A DNA stretch of 64,000 bases from Myxococcota bacterium (GTDB lineage Bacteria > Myxococcota_A > UBA796 > GCA-2862545). The translations under genes and the position numbers were made by a program. The stretch lies in the NCBI GenBank assembly GCA_039208735.1, contig JBCCQY010000011.1, forward strand, positions 1 through 64,000, written 5' to 3'. Position 1 is the first letter of the stretch. Each line of letters starts with the position of its first letter. The notes under the pieces are model-generated. The model was not told where the DNA came from and did not search any database. It worked only from the letters and a program-made list of their open reading frames with translations. Below are positions 36,885-46,639 of the stretch, in pieces.

Positions 36885-37709
36885 TTACACGAAGAAGTCA
36901 GGCGTCAAGGGAGTGCCTGGCGATACCGCGTACTTGTCCAAGTCGGTTTCGCCCGCCTTGAGGAGCACCTCTTCGTCGATGAAGAAGTTGCCGGTGACGG
37001 CAACGTCTTGGGTGAGGATCCAGTGGGCGGCATCGGCCATGCATTCGGGGGTTCGGCTGCTGTTCATCAGTGCGTCCCCACCCAGCATGTTGACCGCCGC
37101 GGTGGCGATGGTCGTCTTGGGCCAAAGGGCATTCACCGCAATCTTATTGCGGAATTCGCCAGCCATGCCGAGTACGCACATGCTCATGCCGAACTTGCTC
37201 ATGGTGTAGGCCACATGGGGGGCAAACCAGCGCTCCTCCATGTTCAACGGCGGCGAGAGATTCAGGATCTTCGCGTGGTCGGATTTCAGAAGGTGGGGCA
37301 AACAGGCCTGCGACGTGGCGAAGGTACCTCGGACATTGACCCCAAACATAAGGTCAAACCGCTTCATTGCCGTGTCAGCCGTGCTGGTGAGCTGAATCGC
37401 GGACGCATTGTTGACGCAGATGTCCAGTCCGCCGAAGCGGTCAACGGCCTCTTGGACGGCTTGCGCGATGCGATCGGGGTCGCGCACATCCACCACCAAA
37501 GGCAACGCCTGCCCGCCAGCCGCTTCGATGGCCTCGGCGGCGGTGTAGATGGTGCCTTCCAACTTGGGGTGAGGCGTGGCTGTCTTTGCGGCGATCACGA
37601 CGTTTGCACCGTCCTTTGCGGCTCGCACAGCGATCGCCTTGCCGATCCCACGGCTCGCCCCGGTGATGAACAAGGTCTTCCCCTTGAGGCTCGTGACTTC
37701 TCCGCTCAC
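36885..37709 (-). CDS. Short-chain dehydrogenase, HSDL2-like
   Basis: TGASRGIG, PHPKLEGTIYT, NNASAI, LSPPL, YTMSK, NALWPKT.IATAA. Confidence 0.9.
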   Translation of the reverse strand: MSGEVTSLKGKTLFITGASRGIGKAIAVRAAKDGANVVIAAKTATPHPKLEGTIYTAAEAIEAAGGQALPLVVDVRDPDRIAQAVQEAVDRFGGLDICVNNASAIQLTSTADTAMKRFDLMFGVNVRGTFATSQACLPHLLKSDHAKILNLSPPLNMEERWFAPHVAYTMSKFGMSMCVLGMAGEFRNKIAVNALWPKTTIATAAVNMLGGDALMNSSRTPECMADAAHWILTQDVAVTGNFFIDEEVLLKAGETDLDKYAVSPGTPLTPDFFV

Positions 37710-37803
37710 TGGCGCTCCCGTGTGATGCTGGACTCCGAAGCGTACCCCGTCGACGGGGTTAGAGGGCCGGATGCCGAGCATCGGCTCGGGCCACGGAGCG
37801 AAA

Positions 37804-39459
37804 ATGGCGAGTCAAACCCGCGTCCAACACATCCAATCCTTCCATCGGCACCCCGATTCGTACAAGCATTGGTCGCTCGAGGTCGACGGCGCCACCGCCA
37901 CATTGGCCCTCGACGTGAAGGAAGATCAGGGCTTGCGTCCTGACGACTACGTTCTCAAGCAGAACAGCTACGACCTCGGGGTCGACATGGAGCTGGCCGA
38001 TGCCATCGAACGGCTTCGGTTCGAGCACCCCCAGGTGCGCACGGTCATCATCACGTCCTCACAGCCCAAGGTCTTTTGCGCCGGCGCGAACATTCGCATG
38101 CTCGCCACGTCGACCCATGGGTTCAAGGTCAACTTCTGCCGCTACACCAACGAAACGCGATGCGGCCTCGAAGATGCCTCTGCGAATTCCGGATTGCGGA
38201 GCATTGCAGCCCTCAACGGAACGGCTGCAGGGGGCGGCTACGAGTTGGCACTGGCCTGCGACGAGATCTTCCTCATCGATGACGGCTCCTCCGCCGTGAG
38301 CCTGCCCGAAGTGCCCCTGCTGGGCGTTCTTCCCGGCACCGGCGGACTGACCCGCCTCGTTGACAAGCGCCGCGTGCGCCGTGACGTGGCCGATCTCTTC
38401 TGCACCAAGGCGGAAGGGTTCCGGGCTCGAGATGCCGTGCGGTTCCAGCTCGTCGATGGTGCGTTCCCCCGCTCCAAGTGGGAAGATGGCATCGCAGGCG
38501 AGGCGGCGAAGACCCAAGGATCCGACGACACGATCAAGGGCATTCAACTCACCGAAGTGAAGAGCGAAGTCTCGGAAGACGGCCACACGCGTACCTATGG
38601 GTCCGTGTCATTGACCCTCGACGAGACCCTGCGCACGGCAACCATCACGGTGCGTGCTCCGGAAGGGCCGGCTCCTTCGATCGAGGACCTGCACGCCCAG
38701 GGCGATCAGGCCTGGGTCTTCCGCGCCTACCGCGAACTCGACGACGTGCTGCTGCGGCTGCGGTTCAACCACGACACCGTAGGCACCATCCTGTTGCGGA
38801 CCGAAGGTGATGCTGACGCCGTCGTGGCCCATGACGCCACCGTGCTTGACCACCCAGACGATTGGTTGGCCCGTGAAATCCGGCTCTTCCAGGCTCGTGT
38901 CTTCCGCCGCCTCGACAACACGGCCCGTTCGATGTTCGCCCTTATCGACGAGGGAAGTTGCTTTGCGGGGTCGCTGTTCGAAATCACGCTGGCGGCTGAC
39001 CGTTCTTACATGCTCGATGATGAAGACGGAGCCGTGACCATTCGCGTGACGCAAGCGTCTGCCGGCGCCTACCCGATGTCGACTGGTCTTACGCGATTGC
39101 AGGCCCGGTACCAAAACGATGAGGCGTTGGTGAACCGGGCTCTCACGACGGACGGCCCGCTCGACGCACAGACCGCTCTCGATTTGGGGCTGGTCACGTT
39201 GGCGCCTGACGACATTGACTGGGAAGACGAGATCCGCATCGCGGTGGAGGAGCGCGTCAGCCTTTCGCCCGATGCGTTGACGGGGATGGAGCAGAACTTG
39301 CGTTTCGTGGGTCGAGAGACCTGCGACTCGAAGATCTTCGGCCGGCTGTCCGCATGGCAGAATTGGATCTTCCAGCGCCCCAACGCGGTTGGTGACGAAG
39401 GAGCGCTTACGTTGTACGGCCATCCGACGCGGCCGTCCTTCGACTGGCGACGGACCTGA
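37804..39459 (+). CDS. boxC: Benzoyl-CoA-dihydrodiol lyase / 2,3-epoxybenzoyl-CoA dihydrolase
   Basis: NSYDLGVD.ELADA, KVNFC..TNETR, SLPEVPLLGVLPGTGG, SPDALTGME.NLRF, IFGRLSAWQNWIF.RPNAVG. Confidence 0.93.
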   Translation: MASQTRVQHIQSFHRHPDSYKHWSLEVDGATATLALDVKEDQGLRPDDYVLKQNSYDLGVDMELADAIERLRFEHPQVRTVIITSSQPKVFCAGANIRMLATSTHGFKVNFCRYTNETRCGLEDASANSGLRSIAALNGTAAGGGYELALACDEIFLIDDGSSAVSLPEVPLLGVLPGTGGLTRLVDKRRVRRDVADLFCTKAEGFRARDAVRFQLVDGAFPRSKWEDGIAGEAAKTQGSDDTIKGIQLTEVKSEVSEDGHTRTYGSVSLTLDETLRTATITVRAPEGPAPSIEDLHAQGDQAWVFRAYRELDDVLLRLRFNHDTVGTILLRTEGDADAVVAHDATVLDHPDDWLAREIRLFQARVFRRLDNTARSMFALIDEGSCFAGSLFEITLAADRSYMLDDEDGAVTIRVTQASAGAYPMSTGLTRLQARYQNDEALVNRALTTDGPLDAQTALDLGLVTLAPDDIDWEDEIRIAVEERVSLSPDALTGMEQNLRFVGRETCDSKIFGRLSAWQNWIFQRPNAVGDEGALTLYGHPTRPSFDWRRT

Positions 39460-39508
39460 CAGGGGCGATGTCGGTCATGTTACCCTGCCCACTTGCAGGA
39501 GACGATTC

Positions 39509-40924
39509 ATGGCCGGCATCGACTATAATGAACGGATTCCGAACAACGTTGGGCTGTCGGACAACCGGCGTCTACAGCGGGCACTCGAGAAGTGGCAACC
39601 GGCGTACCTCGACTGGTGGCGCCAAATGGGGCCCGAGGGCTGGCAGGAAAAGGACGTTTACCTGCGTACGGCGGTGAGCGTTGACAAGGGTGGTTGGGCC
39701 CATTTCGACTACGTTCAGATGCCCGACTACCGCTGGGGCATTTTCCTCGCCGACGCCGAGCCCGACCGGACGATCGGATTTGGCGACCACGCGGGACAGC
39801 CTGCGTGGCAGGAAGTGCCCGGCGAGTACCGCAACATGCTGCGCCGCATCATCGTCACCCAAGGCGACACAGAGCCTGCGAGTGTCGAGCAGCAGCGTAT
39901 TCTCGGGGCCACGGCACCGTCGTTGTACGACCTGCGCAATCTGTTTCAGGTCAACGTGGAGGAAGGCCGTCACCTGTGGGCCATGGTCTACCTGTTGCAC
40001 GGCTTCTTTGGCCGTGATGGCCGCGATGAGGCCGAAGAGTTGTTGGCCCGTCGCGCTGGAGATGCGGACAAGCCCCGCATCCTCGATGCCTTCAATCAGG
40101 AATGTCCCGACTGGTTGACCTTCTTCTGTTTCACCACGTTCACCGACCGTGACGGGAAGTTCCAGCTCGGTGCCCTGGCAGAGTCCGCGTTCGACCCGCT
40201 GTCACGCACGTGCCGCTTCATGCTTACCGAAGAGGCCCATCACCTCTTTGTCGGTCAGACCGGCGTAGAGCGGGTGCTTCGGCGGGCGGTGCAGCTCGCC
40301 AAGGAAAACCCAGGGGTGTCGGTTCGTGATCAGGGCGGCATCCCACTCGAGATCGTCCAGAAGTTCGTGAACTTCTGGTTCAGCTACAGCCTCGATCTGT
40401 TTGGCTCGGAGATCTCTTCAAATGCGGCTGACTTCTTCGCGAGTGGGCTCAAGGGGCGTTGGCGCGAGAATCAGTACGAAGACCACCTCGTGACCGAGGG
40501 ACACTACACGATGTCCCAGCTCGAAGGCGGCAAGCTCATCGACGTCGATGTGCCCATGCGGAACGCGATGAACGAGGTCCTGCGGGACGAGTATGTGAAG
40601 GACTGCGAGAAGGTCCTCGAAAAGTGGAATCGCGCGCTGGTGGCCGAAGGGGAGACCGACTTCGAAATCACGCTGCCATCGGTTCGTTTCCATCGCCGAC
40701 AGGGCATCTATGCAGACGCACACTTCGATACCGCGGGCAACCCCATCTCGGCCGAAGCGTTTGAAGCGAAGCGCGCGTCCTGGCTTCCCACGGACGAAGA
40801 ACGGGACTACGTCCGTTCGCTGATGGCGCCCTGCTACGAGACGGGAAAGATGGCGAACTGGATCGCGGCGCCGCGCAAGGGCATCAACGGGCAGGAACTC
40901 AGCTACGAGTACGTCCGGCTCTAA
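39509..40924 (+). CDS. boxB: Benzoyl-CoA 2,3-epoxidase oxygenase subunit
   Basis: IPNNV.L, QGDTEPASVEQQ, VEEGRH, DRDGKFQL, TEEAHH di-iron motifs. Confidence 0.95.
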   Translation: MAGIDYNERIPNNVGLSDNRRLQRALEKWQPAYLDWWRQMGPEGWQEKDVYLRTAVSVDKGGWAHFDYVQMPDYRWGIFLADAEPDRTIGFGDHAGQPAWQEVPGEYRNMLRRIIVTQGDTEPASVEQQRILGATAPSLYDLRNLFQVNVEEGRHLWAMVYLLHGFFGRDGRDEAEELLARRAGDADKPRILDAFNQECPDWLTFFCFTTFTDRDGKFQLGALAESAFDPLSRTCRFMLTEEAHHLFVGQTGVERVLRRAVQLAKENPGVSVRDQGGIPLEIVQKFVNFWFSYSLDLFGSEISSNAADFFASGLKGRWRENQYEDHLVTEGHYTMSQLEGGKLIDVDVPMRNAMNEVLRDEYVKDCEKVLEKWNRALVAEGETDFEITLPSVRFHRRQGIYADAHFDTAGNPISAEAFEAKRASWLPTDEERDYVRSLMAPCYETGKMANWIAAPRKGINGQELSYEYVRL

Positions 40925-42486
40925 TCTTCGGCGAGTTCGCCACCGCTCATGGTCTCGGCGAGATGGCCTCCGGTGGGCGGCGCGATGGCCAGGTTCCCCG
41001 CGCCGCCAGCCCGCTGCCGAATGAGTTCGGCGGCGGCCCGACACTGTTCACGGACGAGCCCGTCGCCAAACCACCCCGATGAACGCTCACGAAGCGCAGG
41101 AATCGCGCGGGGCGAACCGGCGGTGGTCAAGGCCGAAACGGCTGCCAAGCGGACGGCCCGCGTTCCTCGGTCAAGCCAATACAGCAGGGTGTCATCGACC
41201 ATCGCCCCGCCTTCGCCGAGCCGTTGGATGAGCGCTACGGCATCTGGTTCGCCGTGTGGCCTCAGTTTCGCGAGCCACCAGGCGTATTCCTGGGGGATGG
41301 CGGCGATGAGGGCGGCGACGAGCGCACTGGAGTGCCGCGCGGCCTGGGCGATCGGCCGCACCCGACCCACATTCTCATGCCGTAGATCGTCGACGACGCG
41401 TCCTGCGAGGGCCAGTGCCGCGGCTCGTCGGATGCCCGAACCCGGAAGCCGAAGCCACTGCGTGAGTCGCTCATCGGACTCCGGATGCGCAAACGCGGCA
41501 AGGACCTTGGCGAGCCTTCGCGCTTCGGAGGAGGAGCGAGGGTGCAGCTGTTGGAGCAGCGACCGGGATGAGGAGGGAGGACGATCGGGCAGCGAACGCA
41601 GTAAATCGCGTACAAAATGTGGATCTTCGACCAACCCTGGCGTCGACCAAAGACGGTCCACCACCGCCAATCGCTCCGAATCGTGGTCGAGCTGGTTGAA
41701 CAGTGAGCCGACGTATTGTGCGGCGGGGCGTGCATCGCCACTGTGCCAGGCCTCAATGACCCGCTCGCTGATTCGAGCATCGAGAGGGTCGCCGAGTTCG
41801 AACCACGTCGACAACACCACAGGGTAGGGCGGCATCGCGGCGAGCAAGGACAGCGGAGGCTCTTGGGTCCGTTCGATGAGGGCTTCGCAGGCAAGTTCGG
41901 CCTGCGATGCGGTGAGGTCGGGCAGCAATTCGAGCACCCGACGCGACAACGCAGCCTGGACCCCAGGCGCTTCATCTTCCCTCAGCCACCGCTGCAGCAA
42001 GGCCTCGATCGACGGTTCGTGGCCGAGGCTCACCGCGATGCTCACGAGCTCCTGGACCGCAGCGGTCGCCGCGTGTGGATCGGCAAACCGGACCGTCACT
42101 GCGGGCTCGAGCGTGGCCTCTTGAGCTCCGATGGTGGCCGACAGCCGACCCACGACCTCGGCCAGTGCTTGGCGTTGTCGTTGCCCAAGGCGATGGAGAA
42201 CCGCACGTCCCCCCGCGAGAATGGCGACCTGGTCGTCGAAGGCATCGTCTCCCGTGCGCCATTGGGGTGCGGTGGGCACTTTGTCCCGGGGCACGAGCAA
42301 AAACGACTCTCCGACAGGCTCTGGGCGTACCACGATCCGAACCGTCAGCGGATTGCGCCAGGCACGGTAGTGCGCTTCAAGGCGGTGGCTGGCCGCCTGG
42401 TAGGCATAGAGGAGACCGTCTTCGACGACCCCGACCGGAACGAGGCCGAGGCGTGCGAAAACCGTGGGCCAGAGCGTGTCGGACAT
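40921..42486 (-). CDS. Hypothetical protein with C-terminal HEAT-like repeats
   Basis: TGDDAFDD motif; IRRAAALALA, VRLAAVSAL..AGS.RAIPAL. Confidence 0.6.
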   Translation of the reverse strand: MSDTLWPTVFARLGLVPVGVVEDGLLYAYQAASHRLEAHYRAWRNPLTVRIVVRPEPVGESFLLVPRDKVPTAPQWRTGDDAFDDQVAILAGGRAVLHRLGQRQRQALAEVVGRLSATIGAQEATLEPAVTVRFADPHAATAAVQELVSIAVSLGHEPSIEALLQRWLREDEAPGVQAALSRRVLELLPDLTASQAELACEALIERTQEPPLSLLAAMPPYPVVLSTWFELGDPLDARISERVIEAWHSGDARPAAQYVGSLFNQLDHDSERLAVVDRLWSTPGLVEDPHFVRDLLRSLPDRPPSSSRSLLQQLHPRSSSEARRLAKVLAAFAHPESDERLTQWLRLPGSGIRRAAALALAGRVVDDLRHENVGRVRPIAQAARHSSALVAALIAAIPQEYAWWLAKLRPHGEPDAVALIQRLGEGGAMVDDTLLYWLDRGTRAVRLAAVSALTTAGSPRAIPALRERSSGWFGDGLVREQCRAAAELIRQRAGGAGNLAIAPPTGGHLAETMSGGELAED

Positions 42487-42833
42487 GCGTGGAGCATAGC
42501 AGGGCAGTCGTCCAACAGGTCGCCCGCGCCAACTTCGCGCCACGAAAGAGGACGAAGTCTGGCCGCCATGGCCAGCGTTTCGCGTCTCGCAAGAAGAATT
42601 TCTCACGATCCGACAGAATGCGACCGGACGGAACGTAAGGTTCAGGTAAGACTATCTGCCGATGTTCAAAACGAGAAAATGTCAAGTTTTCACTGAACCC
42701 GGGCATAGACTAGCGCCGTGGGGGTTCGTGTGATTGACTTGCGCACCCGTGAGCGGGCCACTACCTGCACGGGTCTGATCGAACGACCGTGTTGGCCCGT
42801 TCGATTTCGTATCTATTCTGTGCCCTGGGAGTG

Positions 42834-43844
42834 ATGATGGCGATCGAGTCTTTCGTTCCCCGCCAGAAAAAGTCGGAACGACTTTCAGCGGATCAAGAAA
42901 AGGAAATGGCTCGGCGGATTCATTCGGCCGAGCGGCGGGCTCGAGAAGCCATCGACGGCATCGGCTGCGCATCCGAGATCTTGACTCGTAAACCCAAGCG
43001 GGCGGAACGGACTCGCGCGGGCATGGTCGATCGACTCGAAGAGGCGGTTTACGAAGTGTGGCGGCAGTTCCGCAACCACCCTACCCACAAGATGTCCGCG
43101 CGTACGGCCAAGCAGGCGTGGGCGGAAGCTGAAGCGGTGCGCTGGGAGCTTGCGATGAGCGGGCGACGAATTGCGCACGGCGAAGCGCGCAAGCTCGCGG
43201 GCCCGTTTATGGACGAGGCCGATCTGGTGCAGGAAGGCTACATCGGCCTGCTGCGCGCGGCGAAGCGCTTCGATCCTGATCGTGGGATCCGGTTTTCGAC
43301 CTATGCGCGTTGGTGGGTTCGCGCCCAGATGACGCGAGCCATCGACCACACCGGTCGTCCGGTCCGTTTGCCGGGGTGTGCGGTCGAACAGACGCGGAAC
43401 TTGCGTAAGGCGATCAAGCGGTTCGAAGATCTTGGGGCGGATTACACGGTTTCTGATCTCGCTGACGAAGTGGGCATCGATAAGAAGCGCGCGGAGTTTT
43501 TGCTCTCCCAGGGCCAGACCGTCTCTCTCGACCAGCCGGTTGATGATGGTCCCCGTGCGCGGTCGCTCGAGCACTTCCTCGCCGACGAGACCGCCGCCGA
43601 CCCCGACGACGAAGCGATTCACGCCCAAGAGATCCGGCGCATGCTGGAGGCGTTCCACAGCGTCCTCTCCGAGCGCCACCGCTACGTGTTGTCCCGTCGC
43701 TACGGCCTCGAAGACAACCAGTTCCGTACGTTGTCGCAAGTGGGCAAGGGCATGAACTTGTCCCGCGAGCGCGTTCGCCAAATCGAACGGGAGGCGCTGA
43801 TGCGGCTCCGTGAACAGGCGAATATCCGCGACGCCCAGCGCTGA
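42834..43844 (+). CDS. Sigma-70 family factor (RpoD/RpoS-like, no region 1.1)
   Basis: DLVQEG.IGL.RAA.RFDP.RG.RFSTYA.WW, VRLP, SLD.P, TL..VG....LSRERVRQIE. Confidence 0.93.
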   Translation: MMAIESFVPRQKKSERLSADQEKEMARRIHSAERRAREAIDGIGCASEILTRKPKRAERTRAGMVDRLEEAVYEVWRQFRNHPTHKMSARTAKQAWAEAEAVRWELAMSGRRIAHGEARKLAGPFMDEADLVQEGYIGLLRAAKRFDPDRGIRFSTYARWWVRAQMTRAIDHTGRPVRLPGCAVEQTRNLRKAIKRFEDLGADYTVSDLADEVGIDKKRAEFLLSQGQTVSLDQPVDDGPRARSLEHFLADETAADPDDEAIHAQEIRRMLEAFHSVLSERHRYVLSRRYGLEDNQFRTLSQVGKGMNLSRERVRQIEREALMRLREQANIRDAQR

Positions 43845-43847
43845 TCA

Positions 43848-43893
43848 TGGGCTCTAACGCCCGCCCTCACGATACGGGTGGGCGCAAAGAGGC
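43848..43893 (+). terminator. Hairpin downstream of the sigma gene
   Basis: CGCCCGCCC / GGGTGGGCG stem inside GGGCTCT / AGAGGCCC. Confidence 0.35.
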
Positions 43894-43973
43894 CCTGCGT
43901 CAGACTCGCCAACAATGCCTCCGCCCGCTTCGCGAAGCGGTCGCGGGGAGCTATAGGGCTGCATGGATGGAAG

Positions 43974-44810
43974 ATGACCGTTCGCCCTAATGCCGCCGAT
44001 CGTCAGGCGGTCGAAGCGCTTTTGGACCTTGCCGAGGAGGCGCTCGAAGCTGGCGATGCGACCCAGGCCCTTCATCTGTGTGGTCAGGTCCTTCAGTGGG
44101 CTCCTGACCACGCCGGTGCGATCTTCGTTTCCGCTGAGGCCCATCGTGACCTTGGGGCCAACGAAGAAGCCGAGGAACGCTACCAGGAAGTGACCCGCCA
44201 GCGGCCGAACTACGCGCCCGCATGGGCAGGCCTTGCGTCAACCCGTTTCGACCGTCTTCAGTTCGAGCTTGCGCGGGTGGCCGCCCTTCGCGCCATTCGG
44301 CTCGACCCACGCCTTGGAGATGCCTACTACCTTCGCGCGATGATTCGGGAACGTCGCCTCGACCTCGATGGCGCGGACCGCGACTTTCTGCGGGCCTGGC
44401 GCCTCGACCCCATGTCGTGGCCCCGTCCCATGCCCCTGACCGATGCGATGATCGAGTCGTTGGTGCATGAGGCCACACAGCCGCTTCACCCTGCGATTCG
44501 CAGCTACCTCACCCAGGTCCCGATTCTGGTCGAGGACGTGCCGAGCGCAGAGATATGTCTGCAGTTCGACCCCATTGCGCCCCCGGGCGAGCTGTTGGGG
44601 TTGTTCAATGGCCACAGCCTGACCGATCGGTCCGATGAGGATCCGTGGTCGGCCATGCCGGCTACGATCGTCCTGTATCGGCGCAATCTGCAGCGGTTTG
44701 CCTGGCACCGTGAGACCTTGCTCGAGCAACTCCGCATCACCGTCCTGCACGAAGTGGGACACTTCCTCGGTCTCAACGAAGACGAGGTCGAGGCCCGAGG
44801 ACTCGGATGA
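43974..44810 (+). CDS. TPR-repeat protein with C-terminal zincin-like (Zincin_1) metallopeptidase domain
   Basis: About 4 TPRs; LLGLF.G, IVLYRRN, ITVLHEVGHFLGL.E. Confidence 0.85.
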   Translation: MTVRPNAADRQAVEALLDLAEEALEAGDATQALHLCGQVLQWAPDHAGAIFVSAEAHRDLGANEEAEERYQEVTRQRPNYAPAWAGLASTRFDRLQFELARVAALRAIRLDPRLGDAYYLRAMIRERRLDLDGADRDFLRAWRLDPMSWPRPMPLTDAMIESLVHEATQPLHPAIRSYLTQVPILVEDVPSAEICLQFDPIAPPGELLGLFNGHSLTDRSDEDPWSAMPATIVLYRRNLQRFAWHRETLLEQLRITVLHEVGHFLGLNEDEVEARGLG

Positions 44811-44851
44811 CCGTGGCGCACCAATCGCAACGCGTTACAGCTTCGTCGACT

Positions 44852-44924
44852 GGGGGATTAGCTCAGTTGGGAGAGCGCAGCGTTCGCAATGCTGAGGTCA
44901 GGGGTTCGACTCCCCTATCCTCCA
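44852..44924 (+). tRNA. tRNA-Ala(CGC); CCA not encoded
   Basis: Acceptor GGGGGAT/ATCCTCC with G3:U70; anticodon arm CAGCG-TTCGCAA-TGCTG; T-arm AGGGG-TTCGACT-CCCCT. Confidence 0.96.
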
Positions 44925-44941
44925 CTGTCTGACACCACGTG

Positions 44942-45853
44942 ATGGTTCGTACCGGTTTCGCCGACACCAAAGACGGCCTTGATTTGTACTGGCGACACGC
45001 TGGTAATGGTGGTCCCCAACCCACTATTGTGTGTTGCAATGGCCTTGGCGTCTCGACGTTCTTCTTCAAGTACATCGTCGAGCGGTTCGCCCAGACCCAC
45101 GGTGTGTTGGTGTGGGACTACCGAGGCCACGGTCGTTCTGCGATTCCCGCGGAGCCCATCGAAGAGGCGGACCTCTCGATCGAGACGTGTGCAGAAGACC
45201 TCGATCGCGTACTTGAAGTGGCCGGAGTGGATGGCCCCATCGTACTCGTGGGCCACTCCATGGGGTGTCAGGTCCTGCTCGAATACACGCATCGGCACCC
45301 TGACCGTATCGCAGGCATGATCCTGTTGTTTGGGACACCCGGTCGACCGATCGACACGTTCCTCAACACATCGTTGTCGCGGCCTGCCTTTACGCTGCTT
45401 CGACGCGCGGTATCGTTGGGAGGACCGCGGGCGTCGCGTTGGTTGCGGCCATTGTATGAGTCACCGCTGATGGCACCCTTGGCCGCGGTGGTGGGCTTCG
45501 TCGACCTCGAGTACATCGCCGACAAAGACCTGAAGGAGTACCTCGATCACCTCGGGCACTTGGACCCCCGCATCTTCCTGCGGATGGCGACGTTGGCCGG
45601 CGAGCATGATGCGGTGCCCTATTTGCCTTCCATCGAAGCCCCTGCGTTGGTCGTGGCGGGAGGGCGCGATAGCTTCACGCCGCTGTTCCTGTCTGAGAAC
45701 ATGGCGCAGGCGCTTCCCCATTCCGAGTTGATGGTTCTACACGATGCCACGCATGCGGCCATCGTCGAGCATCCTCATGCGATCAATGCGCGTATCGCGC
45801 TGTTCTTGGAGCGCTCTGCGGCCCCTCATGCCGCAAGCCTGGAGAAGTCTTGA
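44942..45853 (+). CDS. Alpha/beta hydrolase
   Basis: WDYRGHGRS, GHSMG nucleophile elbow, GGRD..TP, ATH. Confidence 0.88.
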   Translation: MVRTGFADTKDGLDLYWRHAGNGGPQPTIVCCNGLGVSTFFFKYIVERFAQTHGVLVWDYRGHGRSAIPAEPIEEADLSIETCAEDLDRVLEVAGVDGPIVLVGHSMGCQVLLEYTHRHPDRIAGMILLFGTPGRPIDTFLNTSLSRPAFTLLRRAVSLGGPRASRWLRPLYESPLMAPLAAVVGFVDLEYIADKDLKEYLDHLGHLDPRIFLRMATLAGEHDAVPYLPSIEAPALVVAGGRDSFTPLFLSENMAQALPHSELMVLHDATHAAIVEHPHAINARIALFLERSAAPHAASLEKS

Positions 45854-46584
45854 ACGCAGTGATTCTGGGAGCCACGAAGGGCATGGGCCGAGCGTTGGCT
45901 CGCCGCATGGCCAGTCGGGGTGACCGGCTTTACCTGCTCGCGAGGGACGTCGACGATGCGACCCGCTCCGCAGCAGACCTTCGTGAGCGCGGAGCGCCCG
46001 ACGTTGGCGTGGGGCCGTGTAACCTCGAAGATCCGGACTCGTTTGCTCCGGCCCTGGCCGAAGCCTGGGAGGCGCTGGACCGCGTCGATGCCGTGGTCGT
46101 CACTGCGGGCCTCTTCGGCACGCAAGAAGCCCTCGAAGAGGACCTCGACCTTGCCCGCCGCGTGCTGGTGATCAACCACGCTCACACGGTGATCTTCTGC
46201 GAGCACGCTCGCCGAAGGTTGCTTGAACAGGGCGGGGGAACGCTGTGTGTGTTCTCATCCGTGGCTGGTGATCGGGGTCGCAAGCCGGTCGCGCTGTATG
46301 GCTCGAGCAAAGCAGGGCTCTCGCACTATCTCGAAAGCCTCGATCACAAATATCGCAGCGACGGCCTCGTCACCCTCTGCGTCAAGCCAGGGTTCGTGAA
46401 GACCACGATGACGGCGGGTCTCAAACCGCCCCCGTTTGCGGGGGAGCCCGCCGACGTCGCCCGACGGGTACTCGCCGCGATCGACGGGAAGGCCCCGTTG
46501 GTCTATGCGCCATGGATTTGGGGCTGGATCATGTGGGTCATTCGCCTGCTTCCCCGGGCGGTCATGCGACGCGTCGGGTTTTAG
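45850..46584 (+). CDS. Short-chain dehydrogenase (DprE2-like subgroup)
   Basis: ILGATKGMG, SSVAGDRGR, YGSSKAG, VKPGFV.T.MT. Confidence 0.88.
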   Translation: MNAVILGATKGMGRALARRMASRGDRLYLLARDVDDATRSAADLRERGAPDVGVGPCNLEDPDSFAPALAEAWEALDRVDAVVVTAGLFGTQEALEEDLDLARRVLVINHAHTVIFCEHARRRLLEQGGGTLCVFSSVAGDRGRKPVALYGSSKAGLSHYLESLDHKYRSDGLVTLCVKPGFVKTTMTAGLKPPPFAGEPADVARRVLAAIDGKAPLVYAPWIWGWIMWVIRLLPRAVMRRVGF

Positions 46585-46588
46585 GCGC

Positions 46589-46615
46589 TGTCACCTTTTT
46601 GGCTTGCCCCGCGAC
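46589..46615 (+). promoter_or_regulatory. Putative ECF-type autoregulatory promoter
   Basis: TGTCACC-N16-CGAC upstream of RBS AAGGAGG and the ECF gene. Confidence 0.5.
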
Positions 46616-46639
46616 ATCGGTCGAAGGAGGAAGCAAGCC

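Noticed and set aside
46436..46639. N-terminal extension of the ECF fusion given in the ORF track
   Set aside because: It overlaps the SDR gene. ATG 46640 has a strong RBS and matches the start of the sigma domain.
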